Source of the DNA: Oculina patagonica
Lineage: Eukaryota
Assembly (NCBI RefSeq): GCF_052425735.1
Contig: NC_135763.1
Coordinates: 3,472,001 to 3,536,000 of the forward strand
DNA: 64,000 nucleotides
Direction: 5' to 3'
Shown: piece by piece, positions 40,401 through 51,957 of the stretch
How positions within the stretch are numbered: position 1 is the first letter of the stretch
Layout: every line of letters begins with the position of its first letter
Translations under genes and position numbers: made by a program
Notes under the pieces: generated by a model
What the model saw: only the letters and a program-made list of their open reading frames with translations
The model's database searches: none
What the model was told of the DNA's origin: nothing

Positions 40401-40850
40401 CAAACGAAACGAAAGTCTCTGCATATAAAGTTAACCAGACTAACATCCTTTGAGAAAGTTTTTTAAAAAGTGGCACAGTTGCAAAGTGATGTAAAAGGTT
40501 TTATTCTTAGCCACATGTTTAGTTTAGCGTTGGCTTCAGAGGTTGCCGGCAAAGAAGTCGCCATGAAATCTGTAAATATAACTTGGCTCTTAATCTACTC
40601 AGGTCCGGCAAGCGGGTCTCTTAGCTTGTAAAAGGGTCAATAGACAACCAGCTATGTGTTTATTGTGCGTTGCTTAGCCTTGTTCAGTGGTACAAGATTT
40701 ACAAAATTAGGCTTCTCACATTAGGTTAATAACACCCACGTTTGCCCTGTGTTTGTATTGACTTAAGTTTGTTTGTTGTTTTGTTTTTTACGTAAAAAGC
40801 GAAATAAAATGGACTTTGTTTAGTGTCTCACTTCGGGAGAAGCAAGACCC
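37425..40850. repeat. Local tandem duplications of a 0.6-1.4-kb unit
   Basis: Units ~37425-38725, ~38870-40250 and ~40250-40850; a related segment lies at 30840-31230. Confidence 0.8.
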
Positions 40851-41747
40851 AGGAACGAGGTTGGGAACGAATTTATGTATGAGCAATAAACTGATCAGCT
40901 AAGTGTTTCTATGAATGTTAATTTGTCACAAAAAGCATTAAGAAACTCAGTAGAATAAACAAAAGTGATTTCCTACAATGACTGGCCGGTTTGTTCCTTT
41001 GTTGAGAGGTTTACAGCCTTCTTCGCCGAAGCGGAGGCGGCAACATGAACGGTCGCGATTCGCACTTGTGTCACGCGCTCGTCACGCGCGTGTCACACCC
41101 GTGTCTCGCTGAGCTTGATCTCTTGCAAAAGCCTCGTAACATCGGATATCTCTCAGGCTGCCACAATCCTTGCACGGCCAAACGCAATCCTGTCACCTTA
41201 CTCTTCGTCCTTCTGTACAGACATAGCTCAATGTCAAACAAAGGTACCCAATAAATATATTTCTCGTGACGTTTTTACTGGGCACAAGCATAAACATAAG
41301 CGCATAAGAAGAACAAACACATGCATCGATTCTTCTCAGGCTCTCCTCGCGTGGCATAACTGAACATATATAAGTACAAGCAAACATGATTGTTCGTTTT
41401 TCTTTTCCTTATACTTATGCAAGAGAAAATAACTCACCGCCCCACTCCCCCCGAAACAATGTTGTATTTGCTATCTCCAAATTGCAAGACTTGCTTCGTT
41501 TCTGCATACATTGAAAAGGGGGAGGGGGGGGGGGGGGAGGGATCGTAATCTACACCGGATTTGAAGTGGAAATAATTAAAATATTGGAATTAGAACTCAT
41601 TTCAGCCAACTGTCTCAACTACTTTTGCAACCCATTGTAGCTCAGCACTCCCCGAACTGAGGACTGTCAGAGAGTTCAGAAAAAAAGGAAAACAAACCCG
41701 CGCGCGCGTGAAACAAAGCGTCGGCGAGAACGTCACAGCGCGAGCTC

Positions 41748-44700
41748 ATGGCTAAAAAGCCATTGTAACGTCAAAGTTTGTTTGAAGAGGAGGATAATCA
41801 CCTTTGGTGTATTGTGCTGACAGCTTCTAATTCAAGCCTGCCTCAATACGCTGAATGAAGTAAACGGTTTGCGGATCTTACCACGCGAATATCTGTGGAC
41901 AGGTACGTACGAAGTCCCATATCGTGTGGGCTATTTAGGTTGAAAGTGTGTCGCGAGTTTTTCACTTATTAGATTTGTTTTTCATTTTAAATGATAGGCT
42001 CGATCTGTCTGGGAGATGAAACTTCAGGAGTAAAGTTGGAATTAAAGAGAGTACAGTGAGCTTGTTCTTTCATGTTCGAATGGTAGTTTCATAATGTCAG
42101 GATTAACCTTCAACGGTTATTACAAATTTATGGAAAGTAAGTGAACTGTGTAAATTATATTTAAAACTTAAACCTAACAATAGTGCGCAGAGATGAGTTT
42201 GGAATATTACATTTCAGATCATATATTCAAATACCTAAAAGACACTGTCTGTCTGTCTGTCTGCCTCAATCCTTTTGCAACCAGTTTGCAAGGCATATTG
42301 TACAAGACGAAGTTGTTCGAAACTCAGAAACTCGATTAATTAAGGCTAAGCCGGGATAAAAAGTTAAGCGAGGTTTTAATTTTTCCAGTGTAATAAAAGT
42401 GATTTTTACTAGAAATGTTAAGTGCAATTTTAACATTTTGCTAAAATAAAAACTAAAAGACAAACACTACTGAAAAGTTATAACTGAAATCAAAATTCAT
42501 GCTAATCCTATATTAGTTTAATCGTGCTTTGAGCAACCGTGAACCGTTGTAACACTCCAGTTAAATAGAAAACGCCACTGTATTTCCTTATAATTTCATG
42601 CTTGCCTGTTTCTTTGTCCGTTTATATTTTGTTAGATCAACTGACAAACCTGCAGTACCGAGTGCAGAATTGGACCTGGTTGGACCTGTTTCACCTGTTT
42701 ATCTTTGCCTTGGCTGTCCATGCTTTCACTCGTTCAATTTACCGCTTGTATCGCCATGGTGTGGCTTACTTACGACGAAGAAGGTGAGCAGGAATTGCGG
42801 GAGCTTATTCAAGACTCTCTCACGGCGGCGGCCGCTTACGCCTAACATCTAAATCTTATTTTAAACCAGAGTCGTTTTAAACGTTTTCTTATTTTAGGGA
42901 CGGACCATTTTTTAGGGGGAGGGAGGGGGCGGCTGCGGCCGAGAAGACCCTGGGAACGAGGTTCAAGCTGTAAACACTGGTTCAGCTCAAGTTTTCCTTG
43001 AGCCACTCGCAGGGGTCTATTTCGAATTTTCCGACGAACAGCTCTATCCCTTTCATATGGGAGTCCTCTTCCCCTTCTCCCCCTACCCCCGACTCCTTGC
43101 GTTAGCTGACTTGTTGTGCAATGCCGGACGACTTTATCCGGATCGGCTTCCGTCAATCCGTTGGGTCCTTCACACGTCAGTTCGCATTATGTTTTTCCAT
43201 AGCGCGGTGCGGCTGCCTTTAGTAAATAAATAGTAAAGGAAGCTAACCAAAAATACCATGCCCTCCTTTAGGCGGAACCAGCCTTAACAGCTTTAACCTC
43301 GTCCCCAGGGTCTTCTTCGCTTTCAATATAGCGGCTGGGCCTCAGCCACCATCTTGAAAGAACAGTGGGGCAATCTCCCCGTCCCCTCCCCCAACACCAC
43401 CACGTGTACTGCTATCAAGAAATTTTGCTTAACAGTACTTTATAGAGCGGTTTTCACTTGAGTGTCGAAAGTAAATTGCGTTTGCTTTGGTTTTGCATTA
43501 CTACGCTTAGTGATTGGCTTAAAAATCTCGCGCCACTTTCTCAGCCAATCAGAAGTAAAACCAAAACCAATCGTGACTCGCTCGCGAACGTTTTCCCGCG
43601 CTTTCTGCCAGCTACATGTATTTGCTTCGAATTTTGATTGGTTCACTGGATTGTCTGTGTCCTTTGTGATTGGCCAGAGTAATTACTTTGGTTTTGGTTT
43701 TACGACACTCAATTGAAAACTGCTCTATGTCGCTTTATAATCTTTATAGTAATTATTTTCCGGTTTAACAGGAAACCCTTGATAGTCCGCAGAACTAGAC
43801 GAGTTACACAACGAGGTGAAATGCAGCAATCTGCTCAGACATCAGTCGCTGAAGATGACAGTGATAAACCAATTTGGAAGCCGAAGCCAAAGAAAAAAAC
43901 AAACGAAAAACTCGTCAGGGATGGTAAATTCCCGCGACATTCTAAAAACTGTCTAATTTGTATCGTGTGTTTTCCTTTCACGATGCCGAAAAAGTCCCAA
44001 CGATCCAGTGTTTTGTTTCTTTGGCTTGGGACTGATGTTAAAATTGAGCTCGATAATTAAAAGTTTTTAGCAAAACATTTGTCACATGATTTGTTTCTGA
44101 GGCGAGTCACTTCAAAGCCTCGGTTAGGTAACTGAGCGCTTCTGGTTGGTGCGGTCAAGTACAAAATGGCGTCATTGATAAAAGATCCAGAAAACTTGTC
44201 ATTTTTATTCAGGCTTTGAGATCTTCATTGTTTGGAATCCAATAACGTGGGTCAGGTACGTTGCAGCGTTGTAAGCGCAGCCAAAAAACACATTTCACTG
44301 GCTTTGGCATTTTGTTCTGGAAGAAAATTTCGCCCAAAACAAACCGCCTATCTAACCATCCCAGAAATCTTAGCGCACGAAGCTTGTTTCCACTAACTCT
44401 AAGCCGTATAAAATAAAATAAAAAATAAAAAACTTTATTTCCGTGTCTAAAAATGTTTAGCTGAAGGAAAAAGTACCCTCTACTAATTGTGGACACCTGC
44501 GACTAAGAAAAAAAAAGTTGTCAAGTTGCAGCTAAACCCATTTTGATTTGTAATATTTGATCTCTCGCAATGGTTTTATAAAACCGACGTTGCTAGACTT
44601 AACATTAAGAGACAAGACAAATATAGCTATAACGCTGATGGTTCGTCATCTCGTGAGCGAAGGACAATAGGCTAATTTCGATAAATCAAAATTCCAACTT

Positions 44701-45553
44701 GGCTTCGAGGCTAAGGGAAAAAATAATAATTGATTCGTCTCTTATAAACGTCGATTTGATTTCTTTTGCTTTATTTTCCTGCGCCTCGAGTTATATATGG
44801 AAATTGGCACGTGCCGACGATCATGCTTCGAGGACAGCGTGGCCTAGTGGTAAGGGCGCTGATCCCGGGTTCAAATTTGTTTAATTATTTTCAGTGTAAA
44901 ATGCATTAACACTTAAATACAGTGATTTATTTATTTTATTTTTTTATTTATTCGAAAAATTGTCTCATGAGAGGTTGAAGGCAACAGCGCTAAACTCTGT
45001 AAGGGATACCTTTGGAATCGCTTTTCTAAATTTCCCCTTCTTGGTATTCCACTGCTGCTACCTCGTCCCCAGGGTCTTCTCAAAGACGAGTTTTCAAAAT
45101 GGCGGCTCGTCGTGAGAAGACTCTGGCACTCCGCGTCCAGCCGCCATCTTGAAAGCGAAGTAGACCCTGGGAACGAGGTTGCCAGTCGGCTGCCACTGTT
45201 GGATGATTCTCAAACTAGACACAACCCTCTTCTTGATGTTCGATCTGTAAACAAACTTAAGCTAACCACCTTTCTCGTGTTCGAAATATTTCTTCAAAAA
45301 TTCTACACCGTGAAACACGAATGGTAGTGAGCGACTCTGAACTGATATCAATAAATAACGGTAACCTGAACCATAAATAGAGTACACGACAGGAATGGTT
45401 TGTTAGTGTCATAGGAATGGCTCGATACTTTTACTTAACTCGGGTTTCATCCACAGACTTAGATGTTGAAGTCACATTGTACGGCATAGTAAACAAAACC
45501 TCATGTTTGTTCAATAGCTTTTGTTCAGGTGGTCACCCTCTGGATCATATTAG
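41748..45553 (+). pseudogene. Uncharacterised single-pass membrane protein gene (~170 aa), exon 1 disrupted
   Basis: Phase-compatible exons 41748-41902, 42636-42783 (TM-like WTWLDLFHLFIFALAVHAF then YLRRRR), 43772-43923, 44213-44255 and 45529-45553 (TAG). Exon 1 needs a 1-nt frameshift in the A-run near 41755 and has an in-frame TGA at 41818-41820. Confidence 0.6.
43443..43727. mobile_element. Same MITE family, reverse orientation
   Basis: TAGAGCGGTTTTCA...TGAAAACTGCTCTA. Confidence 0.85.
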
Positions 45554-48500
45554 GTGACTTGAGATTTGACTCTGGTTTGTGTTTTGACCAAGAAAGGGTG
45601 CAGACATTTTACAATCAAAGAGGAATTTCTTACGGCGCAAACCCCCCTCCATTCTGCAAGGGTATGACCACACCCTGGCGTTTCAGTTCACTTAGCACCT
45701 CAAGTATAGCGTCCAGTTCACATCGAAATTTATCAATCTCTCGATTTTTCTGTCGAACGACTTGCCGCCATCTTGCTTCTGTTTCGTCTTTCTCAATCTT
45801 TGCAGTGAGATGCGTTTTTTCTATAATCCTTTGTAAGTCTACTTCTCTTTGAGAGTGTCTTTGTTCAAGAGCAGTTATTTTAGTCTCCAGTGAGTCGAAG
45901 TGGTTCATTTCTGGTGTGAACATCTGTTTAGCGCGTCTTAGATCCGCCTGAAGTTGATCCACTTGCTGCTGGAGAGACTCCTCGCGAACCTAACATAAAG
46001 TAGGAAACGATTTGGAACAAGCAATTTTAAAAAATAGTTTAAACACATTTATCTACATTAACGATTTTATAACAAGCAAGATATATTTTCAAGTAAAAAA
46101 TTTTTTCTCAGTTCTGTGTTCCTTTTTAAGAAATTGCAAAAAGCCTGGAAAATTAGGGTTTCAACAGGATTTCAAAAATGATTTGAGGCATGTCTGCCTC
46201 AAATCCTCCAATTCTAATTCCTTGTTTTCGAGTTTTTCCTTGAGAGGTTGAACTACGCTAGTTAAATCGTCACTTGGTAGTTTTTCAAGCTCAAGTCGTC
46301 TCCTACGGCTGGCCTTTCCGCCTGAAGTGTCTTGTGCTGTCGCTTTAGATAAAGCGTCCTGAAGAACTTCAATTTCAGTCTGAAGTTGTTGAACTCTTTC
46401 ATCATTCGCTTCACGTGCTCTTTGCAGTTCCTCCTCAAAGACTTTAGCTCGTGTATTTGATCGAGACGCCTTTTCATACCGTTCATTCGCGCTCTGTAAA
46501 TCTTTTTCTAAGTCTTTTATCCTATCCTCGTACTCCAGCCTCAATGCATTGTATTTTTGTTCTATGCAACGTATTCTCTTACTGGCTTCCTCGTCTTTAT
46601 CCTCGAGCTCAGTTTCCAGTTTCTTCATTCGGTTCTCGAGGAATGCATAAGTCGGAGACTGTTTACGGGGTGATTCGGTCGTCACAGCCTGCGCTTGGCC
46701 TGGTGTCGAGGCAGCCGCGTAGATGAGAGCAGGCAAGGAGTTTGGGTACCGCCGTTTAATGATCTCTTCCATTTCACGGACCTGTAAAGAAGATCAGAGA
46801 ACCCTCGGTCTGAGTAAAGCTTGCAGTGAACGGCGACGACAGTCTTTGACACTCTCTGATTGGTTTTCTACAATTCTCAGCGAATCAAAGAGCAACAACT
46901 ACACGATTAATTTAAAGACCCCTCCTTCCAGATCTTCTAGATCAATAAGAAGCAGAGCCAAGATAAATACATCACAAACATGTCAAGAAAATAAACAAAT
47001 CAAAACGTTTTTATTAATGGGGCTATGTCATGCAATTTTAGGCAATTTCGGCACCGACCAACTGGTCATAGAATTAACTAAAATATCACAATAACGGCCT
47101 TTAACTGTAAAAGAACTCAGAAGAAACACAGAAAGGCCAAAAAGGGGCATGAAAGGGCAAAATTAGAGAAGATTAAAACGGATTGCGTTCGGGTAAACTT
47201 GGAAAACGTCGGCCCGAAGTTTTTCAAGTTTATCTCAATTTGTATGTCATTTACAATGAGCGAAAATCATCGTTGTTTGTAATGTGGCCGTGATTTTGCC
47301 AATAAAAGACTTTTGCTCTGCCAATTTAAAGCGAAAAGAGCTCTTAATTAACGAAAATAAGTAGAATTACGTAAAACACCGTTACCTAGCCCCTTTAAGC
47401 GTTTAGCAAAACGTTTGCACGAAGCGTTTCTTTACCTGTCTCTCAAGATCCTGTATCCTCTTTGCATCGGTCGCTCTCTCCACTCCCCTCTGTTTTTTCT
47501 CAACCACTGTCTGGCCGTGCTGGGCCTGTAACCGAGCTACTGTCTCTTTAAGCTCACTTATCTCTTCCTCTTTCTTTTTGAGTGTCAGAGCATCACGGTC
47601 GAGCAGGGTCTGGGTTTCAGCATACCATTTGAGCTTTGTGCGCAAGCGCTCCACCTCGGCCGCGTGTCGACTTTCAAGTTCTGCGGTTTCTCTGGTGTTT
47701 GAGCCTACGAGCAATCAAAAAGTTAAAAACTGTTTTATAAAAAGCGCACAAAAACAACCATCTGAGTAGGGTTGAGCAGGGTGCGTCTCCGATCTAGACA
47801 TAGTTTAAACAGAAACTTGACAACACAATTCCTTGAAGTTTCCAAATATAGTTCTATGGTAGAAAAAAAATTAGCTTGGCAGGTCTACATGTCTCCTTCG
47901 GTTCGTGAAATTGGAACGTTTCGGTCAGGTCCGGAGACTTTATTCAAGTGTAAATTTATTTAACACTGCTGTGCTTGTCGAAGATACCGTAAAAAAGCAA
48001 CTATTGCAAATAGAAGAGAAACATGTTTAAACCTCCAAGGAAGGCTGATCAGTTAGCAGTGTGTGACAGAGGAATTGAACTCGCACTACCGAGAACAAAT
48101 CCAGGCGTGGCAGGGTAGAGGGTTGAACCAGGAGCCTCCAGATTTAAAATCAAAACTATCACAGTGCCCTAAACCACTCGGCCACTTCGTCTTCACAACA
48201 TTTTTAAATTTCATGGCTTCCTGCTTTTTCCCACATGCACGCCTTTAAACCACAACTTTAAAGACCCATTCTGTTGTCTGATATATTACTTGCCTAAAAC
48301 TTGGCTGTTTTGCTTGACTGCAGCATCTCTTTCATTCTCCACTCCTCTGACGCGTGTCTCAAGCTCTTGCTTTGCTCTTCTCAGCTCATCAGCCTCATCC
48401 TGCACTTCGCTCACTCTCCTCCGCAGCGATCTCATCTCGGCCGTCAGTTGAGAGATTTTATCTGCACCTAGTGCGGCAGATCCTGGACCTGACAACTCTG

Positions 48501-49279
48501 GCCTAGGCCCCCCGCTTTCTCGTCGCTCGATGTTTTCTTTCAAGTTGGCTAGTTCAGATGCTGTGAAGAAGAAAAAATCTTGATGTCAGGGAATGGGCAG
48601 TATTAACAGTTATGTACTGGTAAATATATGAGGCCTCGTTCCCTTCGAACCAACCAGGTTGTCCGTCCGTCTGTATGTCTATCTGTCTACTTGTTCGTTC
48701 GTTTGTTCGTTTCGTTTTTTGTTTGTTTGCTTGTTTGCTTATTTCTTTGTTTGTTAGTATTTAAAGGAGCTACGTCACGGAAATTTCGCAGATTTTTTGG
48801 TCTAAACTGCTCTGAAATTAGTGGTAGGCAACTTAACCCATGAAGAACGTTATCTTTGAACGTTAAAAGGAAGATATAACCGGATAGAAATCAAGCTACG
48901 GCTATAAATAGCGATTTTTTAAAGACGCGCGGAAAAAACTTTAAAAGTTAAGCCTTAATATTTCAAAATGCAATCCATTTCCATCCGAGCCATCCGCGGC
49001 CAAAGACGCTCGTTTACAGTTTCTGTGCTTTAATATGTTTGTTTATTTTTGGGTACCAAGCTCGGTTTAAACAGGCAAAAAGGTTTGTTCAATATTAATC
49101 AATCTTTACAACGTTCAGAGATGCGGTCTGTTGAAAAACGTTAACCAAAACCAGTGAATGTAGACCGAAACAGTTGGTCAAAATAAATAGAACACAACTT
49201 TATTTGCCATAGGCGCCCTGCGAGATTTAAAGAAAAATAACGCATTCAAAGAAGTAAAAATAAATAAACAAAATACTTC

Positions 49280-49529
49280 ATTCATTCGTTCATTCGTTCG
49301 TTTTTTCTTTCGTTTGTTCGTTCGTTCGTTCGTTCGCTCGTTTGCTCGCTCGTTCGTTCGTTCATTCATTATTTATTTGAAAGGGGCCGCGGGAGATTAA
49401 AAGTAATAGAACGCATTCAAAAAAGTAAAAATAAATAAACAAAATACTTTATTCATTCTTTCATTCGTTCGTTTGTTCTTTTGTTTGTTCGTTCGTTCGT
49501 TCGTTCGTTCGTTCGTTCGTTCGTTCGTT

Positions 49530-49560
<31 letters not shown>

Positions 49561-49597
49561 TCGCTCGTTCGCTCGTTCGCTCGTTCGCTCGCTCGCT

Positions 49598-49628
<31 letters not shown>

Positions 49629-49630
49629 TC
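49280..49630. repeat. (CGTT)n/(CGCT)n microsatellites within a short tandem duplication
   Basis: Direct inspection. Confidence 0.95.
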
Positions 49631-50047
49631 ATTTATTTGTTTCATAGGGGCCGCGAGAGATTGAAAGAAAAAGAACACATTCAAAGAAGTATAAAACCGA
49701 CTCTTTACCTAGCTTCTGGTTCTCACTGAACATTCTGGCCTCGTTAGCTTTTTCCTTGGCCTGCATTTGTTTCAGTTCTTTATAAAGTCGCTCATTTTCT
49801 TGTTGATATCCTGTTAACAGCTGCTCCTGCTCACGAACTTCTTTCTCCAGCCTCTTCAGATCCTCTTCAGATGCACCCTAAGAGAGGAACCACACGAGTG
49901 ATCAACATCTTTTCTCTCCTTACAACATCAATACAATACAAACCGACGGGAGATGAGAAGAAAGAAAATCATCAATAAAGGGATATTGATCTAGATGTAC
50001 CACCAACTTCTGTACGTAATTTATCAGGAAATCGAGGGGAAAAGGAG

Positions 50048-50330
50048 AAGCTACGAGCCAAGCGGCCCATACTGCCGGAGCGTATCCCGGTTTCCGTAGT
50101 ATTAAGCGGCTAGGAATATTTCTACTCCCCCTAAATGGGATGCTAGTCAATTGCAGGGTTGCCTCCCAGCATTATGTCACCGGTTCCCATTTACATGTAT
50201 ACACCTGGGTGGAGAGAGGCACTTTGAGTGTCTTGCCCAAGAACACAACACAAGTGACCCCGGCCGGGGCTCGAACTCGGACCGCTCGATCCGGTGTCCG
50301 ACGAACTAACCACTAGGCCACCGCGCCTCC
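50048..50330 (-). mobile_element. tRNA-derived SINE (MetaSINE-like central domain)
   Basis: Minus strand TGGCCTAGTGG (A box), GTTCGAGCC (B box), GACTAGCATCCCATTTAGGGGGAGTAGAAATATTCCTAG; degenerate copy at ~52070-52315. Confidence 0.7.
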
Positions 50331-51704
50331 CATCAGGAAATCGAGTAATAATAATTTTAGTTGGACAAAAAATCGAGTACCAGAATAATTTAAATCCTAT
50401 TGCGCTATTTTCTACCCTTTTCAAAAGCTAAAGATGTAAGTAATTCTCCGTGATAACTAACACCAACAACAATTTCTTATCAGAGCCTTATTAGAAAATC
50501 AATTTTAAAGTTCACAAGAACCATATAAACTAAAAGTAAAATCTCACGTGTAGCTATTTTGTAAAATCGCCTTTTAAGCGATTCAGTAGATTCCAGTGAA
50601 ACGATATTGGTTTTCGATGTTTGGTGTTGTTAAAAATGATTTTTTTTGACAAAGAATTTTGCAATAAGATGTAAATAACTTTGGTACAAAACTTTGTCCA
50701 ATTAATAGTCTACGTCCTGGCGGATTCCGTCTTAAACTGGCCTTTTTTTAATGTAGAGCTAATTTTTGATGTAAACTCATTTTTGATGAGATTTATTTTT
50801 AATATAATTTAATGTATTTTTTTAGCTATAAGATTATTTAGACTATAATAAGATTATTTAGACTATAAGATTATTTAGACTAAATGTTATTTTTAAGTGA
50901 CTATTCTAGATAACTTTTTTTAAGATTGTAGAGCGCTTTAGATTTCTAAGAAAGAGCGCTATAAAAATGCATCATCATCATCATCGTCATCATCATTATC
51001 ATCATCATCATTATTATTATTATTATTAATAAGAATTAGAATCTAAATCTCACCTCAAGGTTCCCTCCTGCCGCTACTCTTTTCCGTGTGTCAGCTTCTA
51101 TCTCAGTCTCATTTAGTTTCGCCTGCACGACGAACAGTTCTTGTTTAAGCTCGTGGATCTGACATTCATACTCAAGACGACACTTCTCCTCCCGCCTAGA
51201 CCATTCTTTCTCACGAGACGCCACATCAGCAATCAATTTGTCGTTTCTTTTTTTCTCGTCCTTCCAGGCAAGCTGCCAATTCTCTACCTCGGCCTGCAAA
51301 GCTCGTTCGCGAGACAGTCGGTGCTCGTCGGAGGGTCTTCGGAAGGATGTTCGGGAAACCGATTTTGCCGGCTCGTCGTCGGACCATCTCGCCGGCGGTG
51401 GCTCGGTTTCTTCCGGACGAACAAAGTGTTTTAAGTAGTTTGCGAATGATTCCACAGACGCGGCAAGTTGCTTGGCCGAAGGACTTGTGTCAGTCGTTTT
51501 TGGAAGAGCAGGGCTTTCAAGATGAAGCTTTTTACTAGCACCGAACGATTTCTTAGTCTAGAGAAAAAGAATTAAGGAAATGAATAAAACGATAAAAGAT
51601 AAGAAAACACAGTGAAAAGTCCTGGACACTAACTCTCTCTCTCCTTGAGAAAAGCTTTGTGGTTGTTATGGGATTCTTGTCATAATTTCTTTTTTTGTAT
51701 AGCA

Positions 51705-51957
51705 TACCGTATTTTCTCTATTAAACGTCCCGGCGTTTATTTCAAACTTAGCGTGGTAGGCGTTTATTTGACCCGGCGTTTATTTGACCCGTGCAGTTTA
51801 TTCCTGCCCGGTTTTCATTAACAACGGTTTTTATTAATTATTTTTGACAAAATTGTATCTGGCTAATATACCTACAGCTTATTATACCTCAAGTACCCGA
51901 GGGGCCTATTTCCAACTCAACCTTTGTGACCCGGCGTTTAATCGAGAAAATACGGTA
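51705..51957. mobile_element. TIR MITE
   Basis: TACCGTATTTTCTC / GAGAAAATACGGTA. Confidence 0.75.

Noticed and set aside
41818-41820. In-frame TGA after Cys read as selenocysteine
   Set aside because: It lies in a signal-peptide-like stretch, co-occurs with a frameshift, and I found no SECIS element
49178-49729. NERT/FVRS repeat ORFs; likewise THDP ORFs at 33732-34137
   Set aside because: Translations of microsatellite or TIR repeats
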